DNA of 64,000 nt from an uncultured Verrucomicrobiae bacterium (GTDB lineage Bacteria > Verrucomicrobiota > Verrucomicrobiia > Chthoniobacterales > JAFAMB01), in contig CAVZKG010000001.1 in the NCBI GenBank assembly GCA_963775805.1, forward strand, positions 1,030,996 to 1,094,995, given 5' to 3'. The translations under genes were made by a program, and so were the position numbers. This document shows positions 1 through 10,770 of this stretch, piece by piece. The notes beneath the pieces are model-generated. The model was not told where the DNA came from. It was given only the letters and a program-made list of their open reading frames with translations, and did no database searches. The first letter of the stretch is position 1, and each line of letters starts with the position of its first letter.

Positions 1-172
1 CGCGCAGCAGTCCGCGACTCATCTTAAACCGCGGCATTCTCCATGTCCATCGGGACCAATGTGCAGACCTCTCCTGCGTCGATCCCACTAAGGTCGCGCA
101 TCGTCACCGACGACGGGGAAGTCGCGATTTCATCAAATGAACCCCCAATCAACGGAGAGGCTCGAATGTTTC

Positions 173-937
173 CTAAGCTGAGACCAACTCCGGTTTCAAT
201 GCCTGTTCTGAGAATGATATCTGCGATCCGATACTCTTCGCACCCTGATATTGCCGAAGTTTCGAGCTTCGCTTGTTTAGACCAGCTACGGTCCGGAATA
301 CGCCCAAAATGACTCCGAGAATCAGGCTTAAGCGCCATTCACCGGTCGCTGCCCGCCAGTCAAACGGTTTGGCGGCGCCGGCATCGGCCCATGGTGTAAG
401 TCGTGGCAACAATCGAGGTACGTGCCGGCGATAGCTCTCGTATTGGTCCCGAAATTTCTGGCTCAAAAATTCCTCCTCTGCTGGAATCAGTCCGAAATAG
501 AGTGCCAGAAAGGTGAGCGCGCACGGCAAGAGAAAGCGCCGATCACCAATGAGGAACACCATGCCAAATCCCAGAATAATGCTTCCGAAGTAAATCGGAT
601 TACGGACGTGCGCGTAGGGTCCAACCGTAGCCAGTTTTTTGCCTTCAATTTCCGAACTGCGAGTGTGCCGACCTGCGAATCCTGCCGCCCATGCGCGAAC
701 CACCATTCCGGCCAGAACCATACCAAGCCCGAACACCTTTACGCGGACCTCGCTTGGCTTGGTAGCGATCGTTGGTCGTACGAATGGCACAACCAAGGCT
801 GTTACCCCAAGGCCAATTTCAAGACGATGGGTGAACAGCGACTTGCCGATTCGAACCAACCCTTTTGTGACGCGACCGCTACTCCTTGGCTCTGGGCGTA
901 CGTCGCTTTTTGCCGATAATTGGATGACTGCATTCAT
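173..937 (-). CDS. ICMT / phospholipid methyltransferase-family membrane protein
   Basis: 254-aa ORF with several hydrophobic helices. It carries the family-typical segment GPYAHVRNPIYFGSIILGFG followed by PAEEEFL. Start codon not verified. Confidence 0.6.
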   Translation of the reverse strand: MNAVIQLSAKSDVRPEPRSSGRVTKGLVRIGKSLFTHRLEIGLGVTALVVPFVRPTIATKPSEVRVKVFGLGMVLAGMVVRAWAAGFAGRHTRSSEIEGKKLATVGPYAHVRNPIYFGSIILGFGMVFLIGDRRFLLPCALTFLALYFGLIPAEEEFLSQKFRDQYESYRRHVPRLLPRLTPWADAGAAKPFDWRAATGEWRLSLILGVILGVFRTVAGLNKRSSKLRQYQGAKSIGSQISFSEQALKPELVSA

Positions 938-1210
938 GAACGATAATGAGGTCGATTTGAGATTCCTCCTCTCCGCTTGCCTAAGCCGGAGGAAACCTTG
1001 GAACCGTGAATCAAGCCTAGCGCCCGCTTCTAACGGAATCCTTAAGATGTGATGACAATATTGTTATATTACTCCGATCGCTTTGTATCGGAGCAGGGCC
1101 CCAATCTGAGCTTGGCACGTCGGTCGCATGCACTGGAAAAATCCCAGAGTAGCAACGCGGCCGAACATAACGCACCTGGGCTGTGTCGCCAACAGAATTA
1201 CCGAGCCGAA

Positions 1211-3031
1211 TTACATGCGGCAGATCAACAATTCTCGTTCGTAAAGCATTTCTTTCGGAAGACCTTCATGCAGGTCAAGGAAGAGTTCCTCGTGTCCAAT
1301 AACCTCAGCACGCCATGCGCCTCGATCAAATTTCTGCAGAGAATCAAAATCTTCTTTCGAAAAATCGAGTTCGGTCCAGTCCAGATCTTCGTAGTTCGGC
1401 ATCCATCCGATCGGGGTTTCCTTGGCTTTTGCGCGCCCTCTGGCTCTATCGACGATCCACTTTAAAACCCGCATGTTTTCGCTGTAACCCGGCCAAGCGA
1501 AATTCCCTTTGTCGTCTTTACGGAACCAATTCACATGGAACACACGAGGCGTTTCGCTCAATTTTCTTTGCATCGCGATCCAATGCCGGAAGTAATCGCC
1601 CATGTTGTAGCCGCAAAACGGCAGCATCGCCATCGGGTCGCGGCGCACTTTACCCACGACGCCAGCGGCCGCGGCGGTCATTTCGGATCCCATCGTAGCA
1701 CCGACATATACGCCACCTGACCAATTAAACGCCTGAAAGACCAATGGCATCGTTGTCGCCCGCCGCCCGCCAAATATCAACGCACTGATCGGTACACCGT
1801 CGGGCTTCTCCCAGTCTGGATCAATGGTGGGACACTGGGACGCAGGCGCAGTGAAACGCGCATTTGGATGAGCCGCTTTTGCGCCTGTCTCCTTCGCGAT
1901 TTGCGGAGTCCACTCTTTGCCTTGCCAATCGATCAGCCGAGGAGGAATCTCTGGTGTCATTCCCTCCCACCAAATTCCTCCCTCAGGCGTCAAAGCTACA
2001 TTCGTGAAAATCGTATTCTTCGCTAGAGCCGCCATCGCGTTCGGGTTCGTTTTCGCAGAAGTTCCTGGCGCAACACCGAAAAATCCGGCCTCGGGGTTAA
2101 TGGCAAAGAGTCGCCCTTCCTTATCCGGTTTAATCCACGCGATGTCATCTCCGACCGTCCAGACTTTCCAGCCCTTTTCTGCAAACGGCTTCGGAGGAAT
2201 CAACATTGCAAAATTCGTTTTTCCGCATGCACTCGGAAACGCCGCCGCAACGTAGGTCTTTTCGCCCTGCGGGTCTTCGACGCCGAGAATAAGCATGTGC
2301 TCCGCCATCCATCCTTCATCCCGCGCAATATTGGATGCGATTCGAAGAGCGAAGCATTTCTTGCCAAGCAAGGCATTTCCTCCGTACCCGGAGCCGTATG
2401 ACCAGATCTCGCGAGTCTCCGGAAAATGGACGATATACTTTTCCGTATTGCAGGGCCACGGAACGTCCTTTTGTCCCCGCGCGAGGGGTGCCCCCACCGA
2501 ATGCATACAAGGGACGACACGCTTTTCGCCGCGATCGATCTCTTTGTAAACCGGTAGACCGATGCGAGCCATGATCCGCATGCTGACGACGACATAGGGA
2601 GAATCGGTCAGCTGCACTCCAATTTGAGACATCGACGAACCGATAGGGCCCATGGAAAATGGGAGAACAAACATTGTGCGCCCTGCCATGCAGCCTTTAA
2701 AAAGCCGTTTGAGCTTTTTTCTCATGTCAAACGGGTTCACCCAGTTGTTCGTTGGACCAGCTGCGTACTCGGAAAGCGAACAAATGTAGGTCCGGTCCTC
2801 GACACGAGCCACATCGGTCGCGTCAGAACGCGCATAATAGCATCCGGGCCACGATTTCTCGTTTAGCTTGATGAACGTGCCGCTTTTAACGAGCTGCGCG
2901 CAGAGCAGATTATTTTCCTTTTCGGACCCGTCTACCCAATGAATCGACTGCGGCGTGCAAAGCTCCGCCATTTTTTCGATCCACCGGAGTAGGTGCCTGT
3001 TCTGACTCAGTGGCTTAGAAAACGGTTTCAT
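1211..3031 (-). CDS. pckG: Phosphoenolpyruvate carboxykinase (GTP)
   Basis: 606-aa ORF of typical full length for GTP-PEPCK. It has recognisable family blocks (SACGKTN kinase-1a loop, GDDIAW, FGGRR..PLV, NWFRKD). Confidence 0.95.
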   Translation of the reverse strand: MKPFSKPLSQNRHLLRWIEKMAELCTPQSIHWVDGSEKENNLLCAQLVKSGTFIKLNEKSWPGCYYARSDATDVARVEDRTYICSLSEYAAGPTNNWVNPFDMRKKLKRLFKGCMAGRTMFVLPFSMGPIGSSMSQIGVQLTDSPYVVVSMRIMARIGLPVYKEIDRGEKRVVPCMHSVGAPLARGQKDVPWPCNTEKYIVHFPETREIWSYGSGYGGNALLGKKCFALRIASNIARDEGWMAEHMLILGVEDPQGEKTYVAAAFPSACGKTNFAMLIPPKPFAEKGWKVWTVGDDIAWIKPDKEGRLFAINPEAGFFGVAPGTSAKTNPNAMAALAKNTIFTNVALTPEGGIWWEGMTPEIPPRLIDWQGKEWTPQIAKETGAKAAHPNARFTAPASQCPTIDPDWEKPDGVPISALIFGGRRATTMPLVFQAFNWSGGVYVGATMGSEMTAAAAGVVGKVRRDPMAMLPFCGYNMGDYFRHWIAMQRKLSETPRVFHVNWFRKDDKGNFAWPGYSENMRVLKWIVDRARGRAKAKETPIGWMPNYEDLDWTELDFSKEDFDSLQKFDRGAWRAEVIGHEELFLDLHEGLPKEMLYERELLICRM

Positions 3032-3472
3032 AACTAGATTAGTCTACTTAGGGGTTTACTGCTCTCGTAAACGGAGGCGGTGCGCGATCTTCCGCTGACC
3101 CGAACAGCTCGCACAATGTTCAAGGAATCGTGAATCTGCATTGCAACCGTGGTCGAGTTTTGCAGCTTTGTTGATTGGGATCGACCTTTTTCCACGAAGG
3201 GTTTGTCTCAGACCTGTTATTGCCTTAGCGCTCGCCGCAGCAGGCGAATGTCTCAAACCAAATGGCATCACCAATTGATGCATTCGATTGCGCAATGGCT
3301 TGCTCAGGCGTTTCGGTAGTGCGAGCCTTTCTTCCCCCTTTCTCGCTATGAAAATAAACGCTCTAGTCTGGTCCTCTTCCAGCAAACTCGTTGAAACTCG
3401 TCGGAGTTTTCGTTTCATCGAAACGCAATTTTCCTCTCTTCCTTCTAAGGCACGCCAAAGTTTTTTTGCGAT

Positions 3473-4299
3473 ATGTACGTGCATCACATTGGCTGGCGCT
3501 CTCTCTCCGCAGCCCGTCCAGGCTTGATCCAAGACTTCCATCGGAACGGAGTCAAAGTCCTGTTTCCGTATAATCCGTGGGACACCGGGACCCACGACCC
3601 GGGCGCTGCCTGGTCAGAAGTACTGCCGCAAACAATGGCCGAAATTGAGGCAGACGGACTGAATGGAGACACACTTGCAACAGTCGACAATGCATTCTAT
3701 CAAAGTTCACTGACAGACAAACGTCCCCTGGCTTTGGAACCCGAACTCGGATGCGGGACCGGAATTTATTTCGATGGCATCGGAACGGCACCCCAAGGTT
3801 TAGTTTCCGTTCCGGCAGCGGTTCAATGGAACACGATGGGCTGGGGATATTGGCAACCCCCTTACACATCCCTAGGAGTCAGTCTGCCTAAATGGTTCGA
3901 ACCGCGATTCACTGTTCATGTGAACGATCGGTGGTCCATGAGCAAAATAGCAATGCTACAAGCTGCGTTCTTCAATGGCACCGGTCTTGAGAGCTGGGAA
4001 AATATCTGGGGCACTTGGAACCGATTATCGGCCCCTTCGGTGTGCTCGATATGGTCGGAAATGTATGGCAATGGACTAATTCTTACCGCGACGAACACAC
4101 CAGCGCGGCTGTTGTCAGAGGTGGATCTCAATATCAGCCACAGACCACACTAAATTTTTATTTCCCTTCGACGCCAGCGGCCTATCAACTGAACTACCAC
4201 AATAAATATCTTCTCATGGCTCCCAGCCTGGACCGCTCCGCCGAAATCGGGTTCCGCACTGCGGCTGATGCTCCGTCCGAACCAACGACGGCGCAATAG
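3473..4299 (+). pseudogene. Frameshifted, 5'-truncated gene with a C-terminal FGE-sulfatase (formylglycine-generating enzyme-like) domain
   Basis: Two overlapping ORFs lie in different frames (3473..4153 and 4015..4299). The downstream frame has GVLDMVGNVWQWTNSY...VRGGS, typical of FGE/SUMF domains. The upstream frame reads as the preceding part of one protein. There is no credible N-terminus upstream. Confidence 0.5.
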
Positions 4300-4336
4300 G
4301 TGAAAGCTAGTCCCAAACGCTAAGTTGGCGCACATA

Positions 4337-4510
4337 GGCTGGAAGCCTGTCCATTCCCTGGAAGAATTCACCACGGAGGCACGGAGTTCACAGAGATTCG
4401 GATTTATGGAGTTTCGCTGTCCGGACCGGGAAGATATCGCGTTTAACACGCTGCACGGACTCGGACGCCGGAACGTCTGGGAACTTACCGTAAGATATGC
4501 TTTCAGCCTA
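4337..4510 (-). repeat. Dispersed intergenic element, copy 1 (inverted relative to copies at 24.4 and 44.2 kb)
   Basis: The reverse complement aligns by eye with 24560..24730 and 44225..44400. Shared blocks are aggctgaaagc, ttcccRaacgttcYggcgt, aacgcgatatc, gtccggacagc, aaatccgaa and ctctgtg..gtggtgaatt. Confidence 0.7.
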
Positions 4511-4540
4511 TAGGCGTTAACCTAATCAACGCCTTAGTGC

Positions 4541-4762
4541 GTGAATGGCGATCGCCAGAACAGTCCGTGGAACGACAAGGTTTGGCACGATCGATTTATT
4601 GAGTTGCTCCCGAAGAGGGCAATGGTCCTTGATCTCGGCTGTGGCGGTGGAAGGCCTGTAGCGCAGCATTTAGCCGAAGCGGGGCTCAAAGTCGTTGGCG
4701 TTGACTCCTCGCCGACTCTTGCCCTGTCGTTCAAAAATGTAGGGCCCAAATATCGTTCGTGA
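4541..4762 (+). pseudogene. Truncated class I SAM-dependent methyltransferase (N-terminal fragment only)
   Basis: The 73-aa ORF contains motif I (VLDLGCGGGRP) and the acidic post-I region (VVGVDSS), then stops. No frame continues the fold downstream. Confidence 0.45.
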
Positions 4763-4974
4763 TGACCCATTAGCCCCAGCGATCTTGTTCGACAGAGTTG
4801 TTCGCGAACCAATTGCCAAGCCTTGCGCATTGCTCTCTCGCAGTACAACTTCAAAGGATACGCAACGTTCGAATAATACCGAAATCCGAAAGTCTCTCTC
4901 GACCTGTAAGCCATGCAAAAGAGAGTTTGAAATACAACCTTCACTCCGTCGGGACCTGAAGGCCCCTTCTTGCC

Positions 4975-5748
4975 ATGGTTCAGGAGACGAACTCTCAGGA
5001 AGACCGCTTCAGGCTTGATGGTCGGTTTGCCGTCGTAACAGGAGCCAGCAAGGGGCTTGGTTTTGCCTGTGCTCGGCGGCTAGCCAAAAATGGTTGCAAA
5101 GTCCTTCTCGTCAGTCGAAGCGCGACATCCCTTGATTCGGCACGAAAGATCCTGGAGGCGGAAGGATTGTCTGTGGAAATCGCCCCTTGTGATATTTGTG
5201 ACGTCGACCACTTTGCGAATTTAGTAGATGGTCTGGACCGCTTAGACATTCTCGTAAACAACGCGGGTGGCAATGTTCCTGCACCGATTTTGGCGGTCAC
5301 CAAGGAGGATTTCGACCGGATCTTTGAACTGAATGTCAGATCTGTCTTCTTCGCAAGCCAGTCTGCTCTGCGAAAAATGGCGCATCTCGGAATCAGAGGT
5401 ACGATCATCAACATGTCGTCACAGATGGGACATGTTGGTTCCAGCAATCGAACCGTCTATTGCGCAAGCAAACATGCTGTAGAAGGTCTGACAAAGGCAC
5501 TCGCCATCGAGGCGGCGCCCTTCGGAATCCGAGTTAACTCCGTGGCCCCCACTTTTGTGCGAACCCCGATGACGGAAAAGTTCTTCGAGGACGCGCAATT
5601 CTCAGAGTTTGTTCACTCAAGAATCCCTCTTGGTCGCTGCGCTACATCCGAAGATGTCGCAGACGCGGTTCTCTATCTTGCCTCTGACGCTGCCTCCTCG
5701 GTGACAGGCACGAGTCTGCGAGTCGACGGAGGATGGACCGCCCAGTAG
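4975..5748 (+). CDS. Short-chain dehydrogenase/reductase (SDR) family oxidoreductase
   Basis: 257 aa. It has the TGASKGLG cofactor motif, NNAG, and the catalytic YCASKHAVEGL (YxxxK). Confidence 0.9.
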   Translation: MVQETNSQEDRFRLDGRFAVVTGASKGLGFACARRLAKNGCKVLLVSRSATSLDSARKILEAEGLSVEIAPCDICDVDHFANLVDGLDRLDILVNNAGGNVPAPILAVTKEDFDRIFELNVRSVFFASQSALRKMAHLGIRGTIINMSSQMGHVGSSNRTVYCASKHAVEGLTKALAIEAAPFGIRVNSVAPTFVRTPMTEKFFEDAQFSEFVHSRIPLGRCATSEDVADAVLYLASDAASSVTGTSLRVDGGWTAQ

Positions 5749-5795
5749 ACATTATTTATCGAATCAGTCAGCCAAGTTAACTCCCGAATAAAATA

Positions 5796-7070
5796 ATGAC
5801 CAAAATCATCAAAGCTGGAGTATCCAGCACTGAAAAGAGACAGGTCGATCTCGAAGTACAACGGACCGTAATTAATATTATCGAACAGATCGCAGCGGGG
5901 GGCGATAAAGCTGTTCGCGAACTCTCGGTCAAATTCGATCGGTGGGACCGTTCTGATTACCGGCTTTGTCAGACGGAAATTGAGGAGATCGTAGCTTCGG
6001 TACCTGAATCGGTAAAAGCTGATATCAAATTTGCGCAAAAACAAATTCGCACTTTCGCTGAAGCGCAAAGAGCCGCTCTCAAAGACATCGAAGTTGAGAC
6101 GATTCCAGGAGTGCACCTCGGTCATAAGAATATTCCCGTGAACAGTGTAGGGGCCTATGTGCCAGGGGGACGATATCCGATGGTTGCCTCAGCACACATG
6201 AGCATCGTCACGGCAAAGGTAGCGGGCGTGCCTCGGGTTGCCGCTGCGACCCCGCCAATGAATGGCGCACCGCCCGCTGCTACGATTGCGGCTATGGTGC
6301 TCGCCGGAGCCGATGAAATCTACGTGATGGGGGGAGTTCAAGCCGTGGCGGCGCTAGCGCTCGGAACGGATAACATTAGACCGGTTGATATGTTAGTCGG
6401 GCCAGGCAATGCCTACGTTGCGGAAGCAAAACGACAGCTCTTCGGCAGGGTGGGAATCGATCTTTTAGCAGGTCCAACCGAGACTTTGATCATTGCCGAC
6501 GACACCGCCGACTCTGAGATGGTTGCGACGGACTTACTTGGTCAAGCGGAGCATGGGCCTAGTTCTCCCGCGATTTTGCTGACTACCTGCCGTGGACTTG
6601 CATCGGAAATCGAGGATGTGATTCAGGGACAATTAAAGAGCCTGCCAACCGCGGATGTCGCCTCCATTGCATGGAAAAACTGCGGAGCGATTATCCTGGT
6701 TGATTCCGAAGATGAGCTGGTTTCGGAAGCGAACAAGATCGCTTCGGAACATGTTCAAGTTTTAACTAGAAATCCGGATCGCTTTCTACGGGATCTCAGC
6801 AATTTCGGCGCTCTTTTTCTGGGGCCGGAGACCAATGTTGCTTATGGCGATAAGGTCATTGGCACCAATCACACACTGCCTACCGGAAAGGCTGCAAGAT
6901 ATACGGGTGGATTATGGGTTGGTAAATTTTTAAAAACCGTCACCTACCAGCGGTGCACCCCGGAGGCTAGCGTGCTGATCGGCGAATACTGCTCAAGGCT
7001 CTGCGAAATTGAAAATTTCGCCGGTCACAAGGCGCAGGCCGACTTACGCATCCGTCGTTTCAAGAAGTAA
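5796..7070 (+). CDS. Histidinol dehydrogenase-family protein (HisD paralogue; substrate uncertain)
   Basis: 424 aa with the HisD-family architecture: [43 protein letters not shown]. It is adjacent to an SDR and not to other his genes. Confidence 0.8.
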   Translation: MTKIIKAGVSSTEKRQVDLEVQRTVINIIEQIAAGGDKAVRELSVKFDRWDRSDYRLCQTEIEEIVASVPESVKADIKFAQKQIRTFAEAQRAALKDIEVETIPGVHLGHKNIPVNSVGAYVPGGRYPMVASAHMSIVTAKVAGVPRVAAATPPMNGAPPAATIAAMVLAGADEIYVMGGVQAVAALALGTDNIRPVDMLVGPGNAYVAEAKRQLFGRVGIDLLAGPTETLIIADDTADSEMVATDLLGQAEHGPSSPAILLTTCRGLASEIEDVIQGQLKSLPTADVASIAWKNCGAIILVDSEDELVSEANKIASEHVQVLTRNPDRFLRDLSNFGALFLGPETNVAYGDKVIGTNHTLPTGKAARYTGGLWVGKFLKTVTYQRCTPEASVLIGEYCSRLCEIENFAGHKAQADLRIRRFKK

Positions 7071-7237
7071 ATTGAATGTAAAGATCCCAGCAGTGCCACT
7101 CAGGACCTGGGCTGAACATCCGTTACTCGCCTTCATGACAGCTCTTACGCGGCTCTTCCGACCCGAAAAATAGATTTCCAAACGCGTTGTCATCGGATTT
7201 AGTTGCAAATGACATTGGGAATCATCAGCCCGGCGCA

Positions 7238-8488
7238 ATGAATCGCACTCAATTGCAAAGCGACGATGCTAGCATACGGAAGGAGGACGGAACTGCTCCC
7301 CCTTTTGTGCCTGCCGGAACCAACTCCCCTGAGCTGGAAGTCAAGGATGCGCAACTCATCTTCGGTGCCGCCTTGCGGGAGCTGGAACGGGAATTCGGCC
7401 GCAACAGGATGCGTTTCCCAAAGGAGTTGATCCTGCTCGGAGGAGCGCCGGGCGCGGGCAAAGGCACCAACACGGACTTCATCCGTAATGTGCGCGAGAT
7501 CGACGCGCCGCCCATTGTCGTATCGCAGCTCCTTGACACGCCAGAGGCGCGCGCCGTCAAGGCACGCGGCGGCATGGTCGGGGACCGGGAGGTGGTTGGA
7601 ATCCTGTTTCGCAAGCTGCTTGAAGCTGAGCATGAGAACGGTGCGCTGCTTGACGGCTTTCCGCGCACCAAGGTGCAGGTAGAGTGCCTCAAGCTACTCT
7701 TCGACGAGATGATCACTCTACGGCGGGAGTTTTCCGGCACCCCGGAGGTGATCCACTTCAAGCAGCCCATTTTCCACATCATGGTGCTATTCGTCGACGA
7801 GGCGGAAAGCGTGGCCCGTCAACTCAAGCGCGGGCGGCAGGTCGTCGCGCACAACGAGGAGGTCGCCCGCTCGGGCGTGGGCGAACGTTGGGAGGAACGG
7901 GCAACTGACTTTAGTGAGGGGCTGGCACGCAACCGCTACCGCGTTTTTAAAGAGCAAACTTATGACGCGCTGGTTTCCCTCAAGCAGATCTTCCACTACC
8001 ACTTCATCAATGCCCAGGCGCCCATTCCGGAGGTCCAGGCCAACATCGTCCGCGAGCTGGAATATCAAAGCACTTTGGAGTTGGACCCTCGCACCTTCGA
8101 CCGGCTTCGGGGGTTGCCCTTGGCCAGCCAAATCGTCCGACACGCGCGCCAGGAACTCGTCCGCCGGTTAGACGGCTACGAGGTGGATCAGCCAGAGACC
8201 TTTGGTCGAGTGATAGAATTCATTGAATGCAAGATGATGCCCATCGTGGTTCGCCACGCGGTCTCGGGTATCGCCAACGTCAACTCCGAAGACCTACTGT
8301 TCGATGACCCGACCGCTTTAGCGATGCTGATTGACGTCTTCTCCGAGCGCGGCTTCCACGCGACGGTGGATGTTACCCGGATCGGCGTGCCATTGCGCTT
8401 TGATCTAAAAACCGGGAACATTCACTCTGAAGAGAAGAAGGTTTACCGTTTCAGCGTGCGCTTCCGAAATCCGGAGATCCGGGGTTAG
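7238..8488 (+). CDS. Adenylate kinase-like nucleotide kinase with N- and C-terminal extensions
   Basis: P-loop LLGGAPGAGKGT and the AK-type LLDGFPRT motif are present. About 130 aa of unrecognised C-terminal sequence follow. The ORF track starts at TTG 7187; the first in-frame ATG is 7238. The gene is visibly more GC-rich than its neighbours. Confidence 0.6.
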   Translation: MNRTQLQSDDASIRKEDGTAPPFVPAGTNSPELEVKDAQLIFGAALRELEREFGRNRMRFPKELILLGGAPGAGKGTNTDFIRNVREIDAPPIVVSQLLDTPEARAVKARGGMVGDREVVGILFRKLLEAEHENGALLDGFPRTKVQVECLKLLFDEMITLRREFSGTPEVIHFKQPIFHIMVLFVDEAESVARQLKRGRQVVAHNEEVARSGVGERWEERATDFSEGLARNRYRVFKEQTYDALVSLKQIFHYHFINAQAPIPEVQANIVRELEYQSTLELDPRTFDRLRGLPLASQIVRHARQELVRRLDGYEVDQPETFGRVIEFIECKMMPIVVRHAVSGIANVNSEDLLFDDPTALAMLIDVFSERGFHATVDVTRIGVPLRFDLKTGNIHSEEKKVYRFSVRFRNPEIRG

Positions 8489-8674
8489 TTTGTGCGTTGC
8501 ATCCAATCGCAGACTCCTGCGGTAATCACGCGGGTCTTACTTCGAAAGCCAAGAGGCTGAACCCGCCCCTTTGACTTGATGGTTTGAATTTCAAAAGTGC
8601 TCAGAGACTTTTGAACGCTGAACTATTCGACTAGAATTCGATGGGTAAGTCTCTCAAAACCAAGAGATAACAAC

Positions 8675-8749
8675 TGGAGCCAACGATGGGAGTCGAACCC
8701 ATGACCTGCCGATTACGAATCGGCTGCTCTACCTCTAAGCTACGTTGGC
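8675..8749 (-). tRNA. tRNA-Thr (anticodon CGU), CCA encoded
   Basis: The reverse complement folds as a cloverleaf: GCCAACG/TA/GCTT-AGAGGTA-GAGC/A/GCCGA-TTCGTAA-TCGGC/AGGTC/ATGGG-TTCGACT-CCCAT/CGTTGGC/T/CCA. The anticodon loop is TT-CGT-AA. Confidence 0.9.
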
Positions 8750-8813
8750 GCTCAGAAAGGCCGGATAATAACTCTAGCAGAGTCGACCGTCAAATGGACG
8801 CCGAGCGCCATGT

Positions 8814-9842
8814 TCAATCGCCGACACGAATCACGACTTTGCCAAAATGCGATCCAGCCTCCAGGTGATCGAACGCTTCCGGCGCAGATTCGAACGGAAA
8901 GACCTTGTCGATAACGGGCCGGATATTCGCCAATTCCAGCGCCCGGTTCATCGCCTCGAACATTTCCCGGCTGCCGACATATATCCCAAAGACAGTCGCG
9001 CTTTTGCTGACAATCGGGAAAATTGCGGTTTCGGCTTCGCGTCCTGAGAGAATGCCGATCAGCCCAATCTTGCCACCCGACCGACAGGCGCGGACGGATT
9101 GAAGGAATGTCCCTGCGCCGCCCACTTCGATCACGTGGTCAACTCCTTCCTCGCCTGAGAGCGTTGCGGCCGCCTTACCCCAATCGGTTGTGGTTTTGTA
9201 GTTAATCAGAGCGTCTGCGCCCAGCTTGCGAGCGCGCTCAAGCTTTTCGTCGCTACTGGACGTTATAATGACTTTCGCGCCTGCAGCCTTGGCAATTTGC
9301 AGCCCAAAAATTGAAACACCTCCGGTACCAAGCAACAAGACAGTCTCACCTGGAACCAGGGCGCCGCGGACGATTAACGACTGCCAGGCAGTCAAGGCCG
9401 CGCAAGGAAGCGTCGCCCCTTCTTCGAACGAATAACTGCGAGGCAAACGCACCAATCCTTCTTCGCTGAACTTCACCTGCTCAGCCAGAACGCCGTCGAT
9501 CGCGCCCCCTAATGCCGTTCGATGCATGTGCGCTTTAAATTGTCCCGAGGACCATCCCTGAAAAAAACAGGCGGCAACCCGATCGCCAATCTTAAAAGCA
9601 GTGACAGCCGATCCGATAGCGACGACCTCCCCTGCTCCATCTGACAAAGGGACACGTCCGGGGACCGGTTTCCGATCATACTGCCCACGAAGGACTACCA
9701 GATCGCGGAAATTAAGAGAGGCCGCTTTGACGCGGACCAAAACCTCATGATCGCCCAATTCAGGCAGAGGACGCTCGACAATTTGCAAACCGTCGGATCG
9801 ACCGAACGTCTGAATCTCGTAGGCTCTCATAAACGGACTCAC
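8814..9842 (-). CDS. Zinc-type alcohol dehydrogenase / NADPH:quinone oxidoreductase family (MDR) protein
   Basis: 342 aa with a GroES-like N-terminus and the Rossmann motif LLLGTGGVSIFGLQIAK. Confidence 0.85.
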   Translation of the reverse strand: MSPFMRAYEIQTFGRSDGLQIVERPLPELGDHEVLVRVKAASLNFRDLVVLRGQYDRKPVPGRVPLSDGAGEVVAIGSAVTAFKIGDRVAACFFQGWSSGQFKAHMHRTALGGAIDGVLAEQVKFSEEGLVRLPRSYSFEEGATLPCAALTAWQSLIVRGALVPGETVLLLGTGGVSIFGLQIAKAAGAKVIITSSSDEKLERARKLGADALINYKTTTDWGKAAATLSGEEGVDHVIEVGGAGTFLQSVRACRSGGKIGLIGILSGREAETAIFPIVSKSATVFGIYVGSREMFEAMNRALELANIRPVIDKVFPFESAPEAFDHLEAGSHFGKVVIRVGD

Positions 9843-9848
9843 TCAGGG

Positions 9849-10541
9849 CTAGATCGGGCGCACCGGGCTGCTCCGAAAACCCGTTTCAGTGACTTTCCGT
9901 GCCCGCGCCCGAAACGTGAGTCCAAGCATACCGGATCCCAGCAGGAAAAAAAGGATGACCGCTGGCAGGGATAATCCGGCGCGGAACATCGAAATGGAGT
10001 GTTGCGAGACTAACAGGGCACCCATATATCGGACGGCAGAGATTGACGGCAACAAAAGCGCCGATGCAACCAATAATTGAAAAAACCGCTTACGCCAGCC
10101 TGAATCGAATCGGTACAAAGCAAGCGCAAAAGAGAGAAACAAACTTGTCGCCGCGCTGTACGGTGACGGTCGCGCTGCATAAATAGTGACGCGCGGACCT
10201 GTTGAGACAGGCAAAAAGTAAGCGTCAAGATCTGGGAATCGGATTCCGGTGGCGTACTCGAGCAGGAAGACCACTGCGGTACAAATGACCAGGGCACAGA
10301 TCACTTTCGGGATCACGGCCAGTCCAGGGTGCTGACGCGATACAGGGGCCGAAATAAGAGCCAAGGCTAAACTAAGCAGCGTGATAAAAGCGGTCGTCCA
10401 AGGCGTCAAATAGGGAATACGCTCGGATTGATAACCAATGGTAACGTACTGTTTCCAGTGCGGGAAATAGATCAAGCAGGCAGCAAAGAGCAAAAGCGCA
10501 ATGCCAAACGAATAGGAGATTCGGCTACGGAGTGTCGCCAT
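9849..10541 (-). CDS. Polytopic membrane protein of unknown function
   Basis: About 6 hydrophobic helices. The likely start is the internal ATG (MATLRSRISYSF...) at 10541 rather than the ORF-track start at 10706. Confidence 0.5.
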   Translation of the reverse strand: MATLRSRISYSFGIALLLFAACLIYFPHWKQYVTIGYQSERIPYLTPWTTAFITLLSLALALISAPVSRQHPGLAVIPKVICALVICTAVVFLLEYATGIRFPDLDAYFLPVSTGPRVTIYAARPSPYSAATSLFLSFALALYRFDSGWRKRFFQLLVASALLLPSISAVRYMGALLVSQHSISMFRAGLSLPAVILFFLLGSGMLGLTFRARARKVTETGFRSSPVRPI

Positions 10542-10770
10542 ATTCGATTGCTTAAAACTTTTAGTTTGCCAATTCCCATCTCGGAAACGACCTGGGGAAG
10601 TTTCCTTTGCTCTACTTCCCTTTGATCCAGCACGACTCAATCGAGGTCCCGAGCGACAGAATAATGTTCGTACCACCAAATTATTCCATCGACACGATCG
10701 TCCCAACCTTTAATGAAATTTTATCGCGCCTATCGGCGTAGCACTATACGCAATCGTAGTAGTCTTGATT

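Noticed and set aside
1072-1093. Hairpin CTCCGAT-N8-ATCGGAG downstream of pckG, with an adjacent ACAATATTGT palindrome, as a possible terminator or operator.
   Set aside because: The stem is only 7 bp and there is no U-tract on the minus strand. The evidence is too weak to annotate.
3056-3595. 179-aa basic ORF on the minus strand just upstream of pckG.
   Set aside because: It has no recognisable motifs, it overlaps the decayed + strand gene, and it has an Arg/Lys-rich composition. It cannot be supported as a gene from sequence alone.
7199-8421. Seven long ORFs overlapping the kinase-like gene on both strands.
   Set aside because: They are confined to the GC-rich gene and have Arg/Ala/Pro/Ser-rich composition typical of off-frame translation of GC-rich DNA. 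None shows a recognisable motif.
7070-8675. Genomic islet with att direct repeat at tRNA-Thr.
   Set aside because: I looked for a copy of the tRNA 3' segment (tggagccaacgatgggagtcgaacc or sub-strings) near 7070-7240 and found none. No integrase is present. The horizontal-transfer idea is kept only as a compositional observation.
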